Assembly (NCBI GenBank): GCA_016708025.1 | Contig: JADJGQ010000003.1 | Span: 448,457-512,456 of the forward strand | Length of the DNA: 64,000 nucleotides | Source: a bacterium | GTDB taxonomy: Bacteria; Zixibacteria; MSB-5A5; GN15; FEB-12 | Direction of reading: 5' to 3' | Part shown: one piece after another, positions 18,139 to 27,091 of the stretch | Position numbering within the stretch: the first letter of the stretch is position 1 | Layout of the letters: each line of letters starts with the position of its first letter | Notes under the pieces: model-generated | Databases searched by the model: none | Seen by the model: only the letters and a program-made list of their open reading frames with translations | What the model was told of the DNA's origin: nothing | Position numbers and translations under genes: made by a program

Positions 18139-19511
18139 GCAGGATCGACGTGCCCTTCCTGGCGACGCGGCTTACGCATCACCCAGATCTCTCCCGCCGC
18201 CGGATCCAGACGAACGATCGCCCTGATCCGGGCGATATTCTGGGCAGTCAGGCAAGTGCCGCTGGCCGCCAGCAATGATCCGGTCATCGTATAAAGATCG
18301 CGGGCCAATATGTAGTTTGGCGCAAGATCGGAAGGACCGATTCGCAAAATATTGTCGTTCGCGCGACGGTCATTCATTCGATTGATGTAATCCAGAGTGA
18401 TCTGAACCAGCCGTGACGGGAAATCCTGATCTGCCATCTCGGCGATCGTCTGACACGCAAATTGGAACGCAAATTCCGGACTTCGCGACGGACGCATGAT
18501 CAAATGGTCGTAGGCATCAACGATTCCCACGATATAGCTCTCGGTGAGCGTGGAAAGCCCTTTCTGCCCTGTTGGGAAGCCACTGCCATTATACCGTTCG
18601 TGATGTTGCTGAATGATCGTCGCGATCCGATCGTAGTAGCTGATCCCCTTCAAGTAATCCGTGCCGCTTTGCGGGTGCGTTTTGTACAGATCCAGCTCTT
18701 CCCGACTATAGTCGGCCGCATGCTTTTCTACCAGGAAGATCGGGAAGCCGAGCTTGCCGCCATCATGCAACAACGCTGCTATCTCGAGATCGCGAATCTC
18801 CTGACGGCCCAGCTTGCAGAGCTTGCCTATCTCGACCGCGTGTTCCGCGACGCGCCGACTATGGCTTCCCAATTCCGGACGGGCCGACTGGATCAACGTA
18901 AAGAAAACTTTGGTGCTGGAATACAGCGCGTCCTCGAGTTGTTCATTCAGGGCGCGGGCAGTATACAGCGCATCAGCAAGCTGGGTTGTTCTCGCTTGCA
19001 CCTGCTCCTCGAGTTCATTGTTGGCTGCTTCGAGTCTGGCGTTCTGTTGCTGCGTCAGCACGAGGAGACGACGGTTTTCATCATGCAGACGGCCATACTC
19101 CACTGCCTGACGGACCGCCAACCGGAGTTCCTCATCCTTCCACGGTTTGAGGAGAAACCGGTAGATCTCTCCGTCGTTGACTGCCTTTTGAACCGCCGCC
19201 AGATCGGCCTGGCCGGTGAGCATAAGACGGACAGCGCGTGGCCGCTTTTCCTTGACTCGCGCGAGGAACTCCGCTCCGGTCATCTGCGGCATCCGATGAT
19301 CCGAGACTATAACATCTATACAATGCGCACTGAGGGTTTCGAGCGCCTCTTTGGGCGAACCGACAAAGTGGCAATGCAACCCGGCCTCATTGTGAAATAC
19401 GCGTTGAAGCGCACGCAACACCGGTGCTTCATCATCTAAAAACAGCACTTCCGCGGTGGACTGTGTCGCCTCAGCCTGCTCCCGCTGCGGTTCTTCTGTC
19501 AATGTGGTCAT
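18135..19511 (-). CDS. RpfG-like response regulator: REC + HD-GYP domain (putative c-di-GMP phosphodiesterase)
   Basis: REC (VLFLDDEAPVL...IVSDHRMPQMTGAEF...RFLLKPWKDEEL), a coiled linker, then HSRRVA...LLHDGGK...HHERYNGSGFP (HD-GYP with GFP in place of GYP). Its ATGA stop/start overlaps the kinase gene. Confidence 0.85.
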   Translation of the reverse strand: MTTLTEEPQREQAEATQSTAEVLFLDDEAPVLRALQRVFHNEAGLHCHFVGSPKEALETLSAHCIDVIVSDHRMPQMTGAEFLARVKEKRPRAVRLMLTGQADLAAVQKAVNDGEIYRFLLKPWKDEELRLAVRQAVEYGRLHDENRRLLVLTQQQNARLEAANNELEEQVQARTTQLADALYTARALNEQLEDALYSSTKVFFTLIQSARPELGSHSRRVAEHAVEIGKLCKLGRQEIRDLEIAALLHDGGKLGFPIFLVEKHAADYSREELDLYKTHPQSGTDYLKGISYYDRIATIIQQHHERYNGSGFPTGQKGLSTLTESYIVGIVDAYDHLIMRPSRSPEFAFQFACQTIAEMADQDFPSRLVQITLDYINRMNDRRANDNILRIGPSDLAPNYILARDLYTMTGSLLAASGTCLTAQNIARIRAIVRLDPAAGEIWVMRKPRRQEGHVDPA

Positions 19512-20335
19512 GTCCGCTCCAGAGTCGACAGTTGGTATTCCACTTCTTCCGGCAACTGCCGGGCGATCTCCTGCTGGTCCGCAGGAAGATCAGCTGTTTC
19601 CATCGAACCAATGGCAGGACACGAAAGACCGGTAGCTCGTGCCAGATAGTCAGCCGTCGAGAGTATTTTGTGAGGTGATTCGAACTCCTGCTCCACCGCT
19701 TCCGCGTGGTGGTGCTGGACGATCTCCACGATCAGTTTGGGGAAACGCCAGTTAGTGCACAGCGATGCGGCGATCTCCGCATGTGACCCGTGAAACAGCC
19801 GCTGTTCCACTTGCCAGTAATCTTCGTTGGTGTGCCGCATGGTGTTGACGATCGCTTTCCAGGACTCCGGCCAGTGATAAGCGACAATGACCTTACCGAT
19901 GTCGTGGATCAAACCGGCCAGATACAATGAGTCAGCCATCGACGTGAGCTTGTGCACCGCCAACTTGTGAGCGGCAATCGCGGTGGCATTCGAGTGTTTC
20001 CAGAATTCCGACATGTCAAAAACATCCACCCGAGGATGCAGAGCGGAGAGACCGGTCATCAGCGAAGCAGCCGTGGTAATATTCTTGATCGTATTCATCC
20101 CCAGCACCAGCACCGCCTCCTTGACACTCAATACCGGACGGGCCAGCATATAAAACGGCGAATTCGCCAGATGAACCACGCGCATAGAGAGCGAAGGATC
20201 AGCGCTGATCACATTGGCAAGCTCGGTCGCCGATGCACTGTCATCATTCAACAATGAAAACAGCCTGGTCGTCACCTTCGGAAAGGGAGGTAGTGCCGAA
20301 AGATGGTCTACAACATCTGAGATCGATTGCGTCAT
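19508..20335 (-). CDS. HDOD domain protein
   Basis: LPPFPKVTTRLFSLLNDDSASATELANVISADPSLSMRVVHLANSPFY...AGLIHDIGKVIVAY. ATGA overlap with the downstream gene. Confidence 0.8.
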   Translation of the reverse strand: MTQSISDVVDHLSALPPFPKVTTRLFSLLNDDSASATELANVISADPSLSMRVVHLANSPFYMLARPVLSVKEAVLVLGMNTIKNITTAASLMTGLSALHPRVDVFDMSEFWKHSNATAIAAHKLAVHKLTSMADSLYLAGLIHDIGKVIVAYHWPESWKAIVNTMRHTNEDYWQVEQRLFHGSHAEIAASLCTNWRFPKLIVEIVQHHHAEAVEQEFESPHKILSTADYLARATGLSCPAIGSMETADLPADQQEIARQLPEEVEYQLSTLERT

Positions 20336-20339
20336 TAAT

Positions 20340-20885
20340 TCACTCCACCATCAATTCAGGTGTTTCCGCTTGTTTCCGTGACTCCAGCGTCATGATCCGC
20401 TGGATCTCGGGTGGTGCCGTCGCAAGAACTTCCGGATGCTGTTTCTGGAGGTACACGAGGACCAACTCCATTTCAGTCAGTTGGTTCTTCAGGCTGGCGA
20501 CATCCTGCCGCAGCTTATAATGAGCGAGCGCTATATAAACATTGGCCTTGAGGTCGCTGTCGGTCCACGGCTTAAGCAGGAATCGGAAGGCTTCTCCCTG
20601 GTTGACCGCTCCAAGCACTGCCTGCATATCCGACTGTCCCGAGAGAATGATGCGCAACGTGTCCGGCCAACTGTCGCGGATCTTTTTGATCAGCTCAACG
20701 CCGGTCATCCGCGGCATGATATTATCAGTCACTACCAACTGGACCGGACGCGAACGCAACAGCTCCAGCGCTTCTTCACCGCCGGATGCCACCAGAACAT
20801 CGAATGACTCCCGGTGAAACAGGCGGGTCAACGAACGGAGTATGTTCGGTTCATCATCCACAAATAGTACACTGTAACGATCCAT
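20340..20885 (-). CDS. Response regulator receiver with a short C-terminal helical extension
   Basis: VLFVDDEPNILRSL...VVTDNIMPRMTGVELI...IILSG...RFLLKPWTDSDL. Confidence 0.85.
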   Translation of the reverse strand: MDRYSVLFVDDEPNILRSLTRLFHRESFDVLVASGGEEALELLRSRPVQLVVTDNIMPRMTGVELIKKIRDSWPDTLRIILSGQSDMQAVLGAVNQGEAFRFLLKPWTDSDLKANVYIALAHYKLRQDVASLKNQLTEMELVLVYLQKQHPEVLATAPPEIQRIMTLESRKQAETPELMVE

Positions 20886-20895
20886 CCGTCGTTCC

Positions 20896-22563
20896 TCACA
20901 CCGTTTCCGCCTCTACCGGAGTCAACACGCCGGGGAGAGGAAGTTCTATGCTAAAGGTTGTCCCCCTGCCAGATTCACTTGTCACACTGATATGGCCGCC
21001 GTGCCGCTGGATTATCCCATAGGAGATGCTGAGCCCCATACCCGTCCCTTTGCCCGGCGGCTTGGTCGTAAAAAACGGATCGAAAATGCGCGACAAATGC
21101 TTGTCGGGTATTCCGGCGCCGTTGTCACGTATCTGGATCTTGATCACATTGTTGCGTTCTGAAGTGCTGATCGTGAGAATTCCCGTGTTCTCCACCGCAT
21201 GCGCCGAGTTCACGAACATATTCGTGAAGACCTGAACCAGTTGATTCGGAAAGCAGGAGAGGTCCGACAGTTCACCGAATTCGCGCACTATCTCCAGCTT
21301 GTATTTCGTTTCGTTGCGCACCAGGTTCAGAGCATCGTCCAATAGACTGTTGATCTGGCAAACCTGCGGTACGTCTCCCTCCACTCTTGCGAAGGTCTTG
21401 AGATCGGTGACGATCTTCGAGACGCGCATCAACCCATCCAGCGTCTCTTTCATCAGACCGCTGATATCCCCAAAGATATATTCGATATCAAGTGACTGCC
21501 GTGTCGAGCTGACGCGTTCCTGCAGATGCTGGGGTAATTGCACGGCGCGAGTCGTCTCTTCGAGCGCTGTCGTATACAATTTCACCGCTTCCACATATTG
21601 CGCCAGGGAGTTGCAGTTGCTGATGACAAACCCCAGCGGATTGTTGATCTCGTGCGCGACCCCTGCGGCCAGTTCGCCGATCGAGGCCAACTTGGCCGTC
21701 TGAAGCAACCGCCGCTGCAGGATCTCCCGCTCGGTTACATCGTGGACGATCAACACAACCGCCGCAATACTCTCTTTATGTTTGATCGCATAGGCGATCA
21801 GGTCGAGGCGCTTTTCAGTGATCGAATTCGTGAAAGTGTCGCGCTGCATCTCCCCCGTGGCCAGTACCTCTCGCGCCGCACGAAGCATCGGCTCGCGACA
21901 CGCGTCCGGCAATAACTGGCTCAACGGATGACCGTGATACCCAGCCACCAACGGGCTGATCATCCCCAACAGCTGGACTGCAAATTCATTTAGCAGATGG
22001 GTGCATTGGTTGTTGTCGATTGCCACCAGACCAAAGTTCGCGTTCCGGATTATTCCCTGGAGCAGCTCTTTTTCTGCAAAGAGTCGTTCGGTCCGGAAAG
22101 CCAGCTCGCGATGTTGCTCCGCAACTTCCGATTCAAGTTGCCGCCGTGCGATCACCAGGTCGCGCTCGATACACGCTTGCTGATAGGCTCGATCAACCAG
22201 CGTCAGTAGCTGATCGGGTGTAAACGGCTTTTCGAGAAATCCGAACGGACGAAGTCGTATTGCCTGCGAGACGGATTCATATTCCGCAAAGCCCGTGATG
22301 AATATCACCGGGATAGTGGAATCAACAGCGAGGATCTGTTCCGCGACCTCTACCCCCGAAAGTCCGGGCATCCGAATATCAGTGATGATCAACCCAAAGG
22401 CATTCGTGTGGATCAACTCGATCGCTTTTGCTCCATCACCGACCGATTCACATGAAAAGCCGGAGGCGATGATCGCTCGCTGCAGCAGATCACGTATCTC
22501 CTTTTCATCGTCGATGAGGAGAACCCGAAACGCCAGCTTTTGTCGCTGCTCTGCAGACATCAT
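20896..22563 (-). CDS. REC-PAS-like-histidine kinase (N-terminal receiver fused to HisKA/HATPase_c)
   Basis: [14 protein letters not shown]...[13 protein letters not shown]-box [10 protein letters not shown]; DNGAGIP; [15 protein letters not shown]. Confidence 0.9.
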   Translation of the reverse strand: MMSAEQRQKLAFRVLLIDDEKEIRDLLQRAIIASGFSCESVGDGAKAIELIHTNAFGLIITDIRMPGLSGVEVAEQILAVDSTIPVIFITGFAEYESVSQAIRLRPFGFLEKPFTPDQLLTLVDRAYQQACIERDLVIARRQLESEVAEQHRELAFRTERLFAEKELLQGIIRNANFGLVAIDNNQCTHLLNEFAVQLLGMISPLVAGYHGHPLSQLLPDACREPMLRAAREVLATGEMQRDTFTNSITEKRLDLIAYAIKHKESIAAVVLIVHDVTEREILQRRLLQTAKLASIGELAAGVAHEINNPLGFVISNCNSLAQYVEAVKLYTTALEETTRAVQLPQHLQERVSSTRQSLDIEYIFGDISGLMKETLDGLMRVSKIVTDLKTFARVEGDVPQVCQINSLLDDALNLVRNETKYKLEIVREFGELSDLSCFPNQLVQVFTNMFVNSAHAVENTGILTISTSERNNVIKIQIRDNGAGIPDKHLSRIFDPFFTTKPPGKGTGMGLSISYGIIQRHGGHISVTSESGRGTTFSIELPLPGVLTPVEAETV

Positions 22564-22917
22564 TCAGATAGCCACCCCTTTTTGGATAAAAAAGCATCAA
22601 TCGGACCACATTACTTAAGGTCGACAAATCAAGCAATACCTTGACTTGATTCCATAGATTCAACAATCCACCTCGGCGGCGACGATAGAATAGTATTGAG
22701 GAGTGTGATTTTGCTGCCGCTCGCTAGAAAGTCGCCTGGCAAAATCCACTTTCTCTCGCTAAGGGATTGCCTGGCAATTTGATATGTCGAAGATTCTTTT
22801 TCTAAGATTTCGCCTGTTCCGTTCCGAAACATGGAGTAGCCCGGTAGATGTCGCGATTTCTTGTTCGCCGACTCAGGAAAGTCTGCCGGCCAGTCAAGCA
22901 AGCAAAAGGAGATGTCC

Positions 22918-23634
22918 ATGAAACGGATCAATCTGCTGTCGGCCCTCGCCCTGCTGTTGGTTGCCGGTTCCCTGATGGCCGCCAACCCAAAGTCCAAGTC
23001 GGACTACAGTAATGGAAGTGCTTCGTCACCCACTATCCGCGCTTTCACCGGGCAGGTGCTCACCGGATATTATGCCGGTGTTGGTTTACACTGCAGTGGA
23101 ACACTCAATCACTTTGCGGTAGGGTTTCCTTTCAGTGTACGGTTCGGTCTCGGTTACGCACGCGTAGCGACTGGCGATGCCGTCGCGGCTCGTCGCATTT
23201 TCATCGACAACAACACCAACGGCTCGCCGCGAGGCTGGGCTAAGTTGTGGGATACTCGACTTGATGTGCTTTATCCCGTGAAGATCGCCTCACTGCAATA
23301 CTCCAATGTCTATGGCGGCGTGCGTCACGCCTATTATAACTCGCACTTCGAGTACATCGGCGGCAACGAGACGTTTGATGTTACCACCAATGCCTGGGGT
23401 CTTGGCGGCGGTCTGGAATCCTCATTCCCGGTCAGTCCGCGCGTTTCGATGTTGTTCACGGTCGGTGCGGATTATTATTTCCGGAGTGAACTCTCCGGCC
23501 ATGACACCTATTACCGTCCGAACGGCGACGACCTGCATGCCAAGGAAGATTACACCTATGATGACGCCGATGCAGCGATCGCTCAGCCCGATGTTGAGGT
23601 GCGGCTGATGTTCGGTGTCTCGTACAAGTTTTAG
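22918..23634 (+). CDS. Small outer-membrane beta-barrel protein (OmpW/OmpA-barrel-like)
   Basis: The ATG at 22918 lies 6 nt after AAAGGAG (22905-22911), so the track start at 22861 is likely too early. Signal peptide MKRINLLSALALLLVAGSLMA; the protein ends ...MFGVSYKF. Confidence 0.6.
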   Translation: MKRINLLSALALLLVAGSLMAANPKSKSDYSNGSASSPTIRAFTGQVLTGYYAGVGLHCSGTLNHFAVGFPFSVRFGLGYARVATGDAVAARRIFIDNNTNGSPRGWAKLWDTRLDVLYPVKIASLQYSNVYGGVRHAYYNSHFEYIGGNETFDVTTNAWGLGGGLESSFPVSPRVSMLFTVGADYYFRSELSGHDTYYRPNGDDLHAKEDYTYDDADAAIAQPDVEVRLMFGVSYKF

Positions 23635-23741
23635 TGCAGAGTCCTCGACAGCGTCTGGCCAGGTCCTCGGCCACGCTCCTCCATGCTTGTTCGTGTTAAC
23701 CTGAACCGAAAGGGGCCGTTCAACCGGCCTCTTTCGTACCA

Positions 23742-23999
23742 ATGGACGGGACTATGCAGAATATCATGAGACTGAATACGCGCGCAATGATGTGTGCTGC
23801 TTTGGTACTGACGGGATCTCTGCTGATTGGCGGTTGTGCCACCAGTGGACAGATCTGCACCAAGCCTCCGGTCGCCGCCGAAGAGTTGCAACTCGATAAG
23901 CAGCTCAGCAAAGAGATCATCGACGACCACATTTACTTCTCGAAAGAAGCCTCCAGTGGTGGTCGGTCGTTTGGCGGAGGCGGATGTGGGTGTAACTGA
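23742..23999 (+). CDS. DUF4266-type small lipoprotein
   Basis: Lipobox LLIGGC and the family-typical tail HIYFSKEASSGGRSFGGGGCGCN. The start is ambiguous (23742, 23754 or 23766). Confidence 0.7.
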   Translation: MDGTMQNIMRLNTRAMMCAALVLTGSLLIGGCATSGQICTKPPVAAEELQLDKQLSKEIIDDHIYFSKEASSGGRSFGGGGCGCN

Positions 24000-25270
24000 T
24001 GCGCATCAAACCGATCAAACATGCGCTGGCGTCGCTCACCGCTGTGGTACTTGGTTCGACCGCGCTCACCACGCACGCCCAAAATCGCTCGGAAAGCTCC
24101 ATCCTCTTCTATAGTGAAAAGGATCGGATCAAGGCGACCGAGGCGATGTTCAACCTGACCAGGCAGCTTAAGAATCAGTTTACTCTGAATCTGAATCTGA
24201 CCTATGATGGTCTGACCGGAGCTTCGCCGACCGGCGGTTCTCCCTCAAAGTATCCGATGACCATTACCCGGTCATCGGGCGGCGGCCGCGTGGTGACTGC
24301 CGCAGGAGAGATCCCGATCGACAAGAGCTTCCAGGATACTCGCTTTTCCGGCGACATGGCGCTTTCGCGCAGATTCTGGGAGCGCACCACTTTTACCGTG
24401 GGATTGCACCTCTCCAGCGAACATGACTACAAGTCGACCGGTTTCAGCGGCGCCGTCTCTCAGGAATTCGATGGCGGCAAAACTGCCCTCAGCCTCTCCG
24501 GTTCGATCGCTCGGGACAATGTCTCCATGCTTGGTGGCATGCCGGAGCCGTTTACCGATATCACGGCAGAGGATGAAGATGATGGCGAGCGACGACTCGG
24601 ACGAGATGGCCGTCGCAAGACCACCTATGACCTGGTCGCAGGGGTCACTCGCATTCTTGGCAAACGGACCATGCTCCGTTTTAACTATTCGCTATCGGAT
24701 GCCTCCGGCTACCTGACCGATCCTTACAAGATCATCAGTGTGGTACAGCCAGTTGACTCCGCCGATCCGGGCGAACCAGTGCAGAACCTGCATGAAAAGC
24801 GTCCCGACCGAAGAACCGGCAACGCGCTCTTTGGTCAGCTACGCCACTCGATCTCTTTGGGAGTTCTCGATGCTTCCTATCGATACTTCTGGGATGATTG
24901 GGGAGTTGTTTCGCATACTACTACTTTTTCCCTGCGCCACGACTTTGGAAAATCCGGCGCGGTGAAACCGTCGATCCGATGGTACCAGCAGTCTCGTGCG
25001 GATTTCTCCCGCCCATTCCTGGTTCAGGGAGTGCCGTTACCGCAGTATGCTTCGGCCGACAGCCGTCTGGCCAAATTCTCAGGATTAACCTACGGACTTG
25101 GCTACGACCTGCCGATCTCGCTCGCCTCTACCCTGCAACTGTCGTTGGAGTGGTACTCGCAGAGCGGAGACCCAAGCCCGCCGGAAGCGTTCGGACCGCT
25201 GCAGGAGTTTGATCTCTTTCCCGACCTGAAAGCGTTTATGCTCCGCATCGGTTATGCCAAAGACTTTTGA
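23999..25270 (+). CDS. DUF3570-type putative outer-membrane protein
   Basis: Signal peptide ending THAQ. At 423 aa it fits the size I recall for this family, and it is beta-rich. It is translationally coupled to the DUF4266 gene through a TGATG overlap at 23997-24001, which is the usual partner arrangement. Confidence 0.65.
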   Translation: MRIKPIKHALASLTAVVLGSTALTTHAQNRSESSILFYSEKDRIKATEAMFNLTRQLKNQFTLNLNLTYDGLTGASPTGGSPSKYPMTITRSSGGGRVVTAAGEIPIDKSFQDTRFSGDMALSRRFWERTTFTVGLHLSSEHDYKSTGFSGAVSQEFDGGKTALSLSGSIARDNVSMLGGMPEPFTDITAEDEDDGERRLGRDGRRKTTYDLVAGVTRILGKRTMLRFNYSLSDASGYLTDPYKIISVVQPVDSADPGEPVQNLHEKRPDRRTGNALFGQLRHSISLGVLDASYRYFWDDWGVVSHTTTFSLRHDFGKSGAVKPSIRWYQQSRADFSRPFLVQGVPLPQYASADSRLAKFSGLTYGLGYDLPISLASTLQLSLEWYSQSGDPSPPEAFGPLQEFDLFPDLKAFMLRIGYAKDF

Positions 25271-25278
25271 TCCTCGCA

Positions 25279-25303
25279 AGGCCCGACTTCAGTCGGGCCT
25301 TTT
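25279..25303. terminator. Hairpin terminator between convergent genes
   Basis: AGGCCCGAC (25279-25287), loop TTCA, GTCGGGCCT (25292-25300), with a T run through 25303. Confidence 0.7.
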
Positions 25304-25316
25304 GCATGCCCACGTT

Positions 25317-25751
25317 TTAGCTGGATACGGGATATCGTTTGCGGAAGGTGATAATGCTGTTCCCCGATTCATGCCGGTAACCCAGCTGATCGGCGAACTT
25401 TCTGACCAGGTGGAGCCCCATTCCACCGTGGCGGCGTTTTTCTATCGGAACATCCAGATCCGGAAGTGAGACAGTAGTGATATCAAACAGCTCTGCATCG
25501 AAGTCGGTCATCTCAAGTTCAATCCACTCCTCGGTTTGCTCCAGAGTGATCCGAACCGGCTGATGACTCTTTGTGCTGTACTTCACAAGGTTGGTGAAAA
25601 GTTCTTCGGCGGCCACAGTCAGTGCAAACGCGGTCTGTTCGTCGAGTGCCCCTTGCCGGGCGAAATCGCCGACAAATCCAAACAGGTCATCGACCGACCC
25701 CGCCTCTTTGCGCAGCACACAGGTCATTTTCATGCCGCTATCCCGATACAA
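25317..25751 (-). CDS. RsbW/SpoIIAB-like anti-sigma-factor serine kinase (HATPase_c_2)
   Basis: AAEELFTNLVKYS...RRHGGMGLHLVRKFADQLGYRHESGNSIITFRK. No STAS or sigma partner lies next to it. Confidence 0.7.
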   Translation of the reverse strand: MYRDSGMKMTCVLRKEAGSVDDLFGFVGDFARQGALDEQTAFALTVAAEELFTNLVKYSTKSHQPVRITLEQTEEWIELEMTDFDAELFDITTVSLPDLDVPIEKRRHGGMGLHLVRKFADQLGYRHESGNSIITFRKRYPVSS

Positions 25752-25921
25752 GACTGTGACATTCCATGATTATACTAGCCCCTCTGATTTCCCGCCAGAC
25801 CGTTCTTTCAGCGAATCAGGTGGCCGCTTGACAGCCGCCGCGTCGTGCAGTACCTTCGCGCGACACCACATACCATTGATCCAACTCCCCGGGCAACACG
25901 AGAGGGAAATCGATTCCGGAA

Positions 25922-27091
25922 ATGCTGCGCGAAACCTACAACGCCAAGCTGGTTTTAGAGGATGGCCGCCTCTTTCCCGGCAATCGCTTTGGCGCTCGAA
26001 CCGATGCCATCGGCGAGGTCGTTTTTAATACCGCCATGTCCGGCTATCAGGAAATTCTCACCGACCCGTCTTATTCCGGCCAGATGGTGGTGATGACCGC
26101 CCCGCAGATCGGTAATTACGGGATCGCTCAGGATGATGCCGAATCCCGCCAGCTTTTCCTCTCTTCCCTGATCATCAAAGAACTGAGCCGCGTTGCCAGC
26201 AACTGGCGGTCGATCCAAACACTCGACGACCATCTGGCGGCTAACAATATCCCGGGGATAGAGGGGCTGGATACTCGCGCACTAGTTCGCCACCTCAGAA
26301 CATTCGGCGCCATGCGCGGTGTCATTGCGAACATCACCGACGAAGATCGAGACCTGATCGCTCGCGCCCGCGCACATCCTTCCATGGCTGGAGTCGATCT
26401 TGCTTCCACAGTCACGCTTGGCCGACGGTACCAATGGGACAGTCAGGAGCTTCTGCTCAATGGTCACTGGCATCAGCAAGATCTCTTTTCAAATTCGATT
26501 CAATCATCGCTGCATGTGGTCGTCTATGACTATGGCGTTAAGTATAACATCCTTCGCTGTTTAACCCGGCTCGGCTGCAAAGTAACAGTCGTTCCAGCCT
26601 CCACTTCGGCAAACGACATATTGGACATTAAACCGGATGGCCTCCTGCTTTCGAATGGACCCGGCGACCCTGATCCATTGACCTATGCGACAGATAATAT
26701 CAAAGCGATGCTTGGCCGACTGCCGATAGCCGGTATCTGTCTCGGGCATCAGCTGTTGGCTTTGGCCGCCGGTGGGAAAACGTACAAGCTAAAATTCGGA
26801 CACCGCGGAAGCAATCATCCGGTGATCGACCATCGCACCGGCAAAGTCCAGATCACTGCCCATAACCACGGCTTTTCCGTTGATGCCGACTCGCTCCGGG
26901 ATCGCACAGTTGATATCACGCACATCAATCTGAATGACCTGACAGTCGAAGGATTGTCTCTGCGAGATGTCCCGGCCATCGCCGTGCAATATCATCCCGA
27001 AGCCTCACCCGGACCGCACGACGCGTTTCCCTTCTTTGACAGTTTCATCGCACTCATGAAGCAATGGCAGGAGCCTCACAGCCATGCCTAA
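25922..27091 (+). CDS. carA: Carbamoyl-phosphate synthase small (glutaminase) subunit
   Basis: [37 protein letters not shown]...GICLGHQLL...HNHGF. Overlaps carB by 8 nt. Confidence 0.95.
   Translation: MLRETYNAKLVLEDGRLFPGNRFGARTDAIGEVVFNTAMSGYQEILTDPSYSGQMVVMTAPQIGNYGIAQDDAESRQLFLSSLIIKELSRVASNWRSIQTLDDHLAANNIPGIEGLDTRALVRHLRTFGAMRGVIANITDEDRDLIARARAHPSMAGVDLASTVTLGRRYQWDSQELLLNGHWHQQDLFSNSIQSSLHVVVYDYGVKYNILRCLTRLGCKVTVVPASTSANDILDIKPDGLLLSNGPGDPDPLTYATDNIKAMLGRLPIAGICLGHQLLALAAGGKTYKLKFGHRGSNHPVIDHRTGKVQITAHNHGFSVDADSLRDRTVDITHINLNDLTVEGLSLRDVPAIAVQYHPEASPGPHDAFPFFDSFIALMKQWQEPHSHA

Noticed and set aside
18462-19439. A 325-aa ORF on the plus strand
   Set aside because: It lies entirely antisense to the REC-HD-GYP gene, whose motifs are unambiguous. 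It has no RBS or recognisable domain. It looks like a stop-poor shadow frame, as is usual in GC-rich coding DNA.
22737-22790. Two TGGCA-containing stretches that could be sigma-54 promoters in the divergent region
   Set aside because: Neither has the GC dinucleotide at the -12 spacing (TGGCAC-N5-TTGC), and there is no enhancer-binding protein gene nearby.
22629-22997. A 122-aa minus-strand ORF in the promoter region between the signalling operon and the OMP gene
   Set aside because: It has no homology-like motifs or RBS, it overlaps the OMP gene start, and the region is better explained as divergent promoters.
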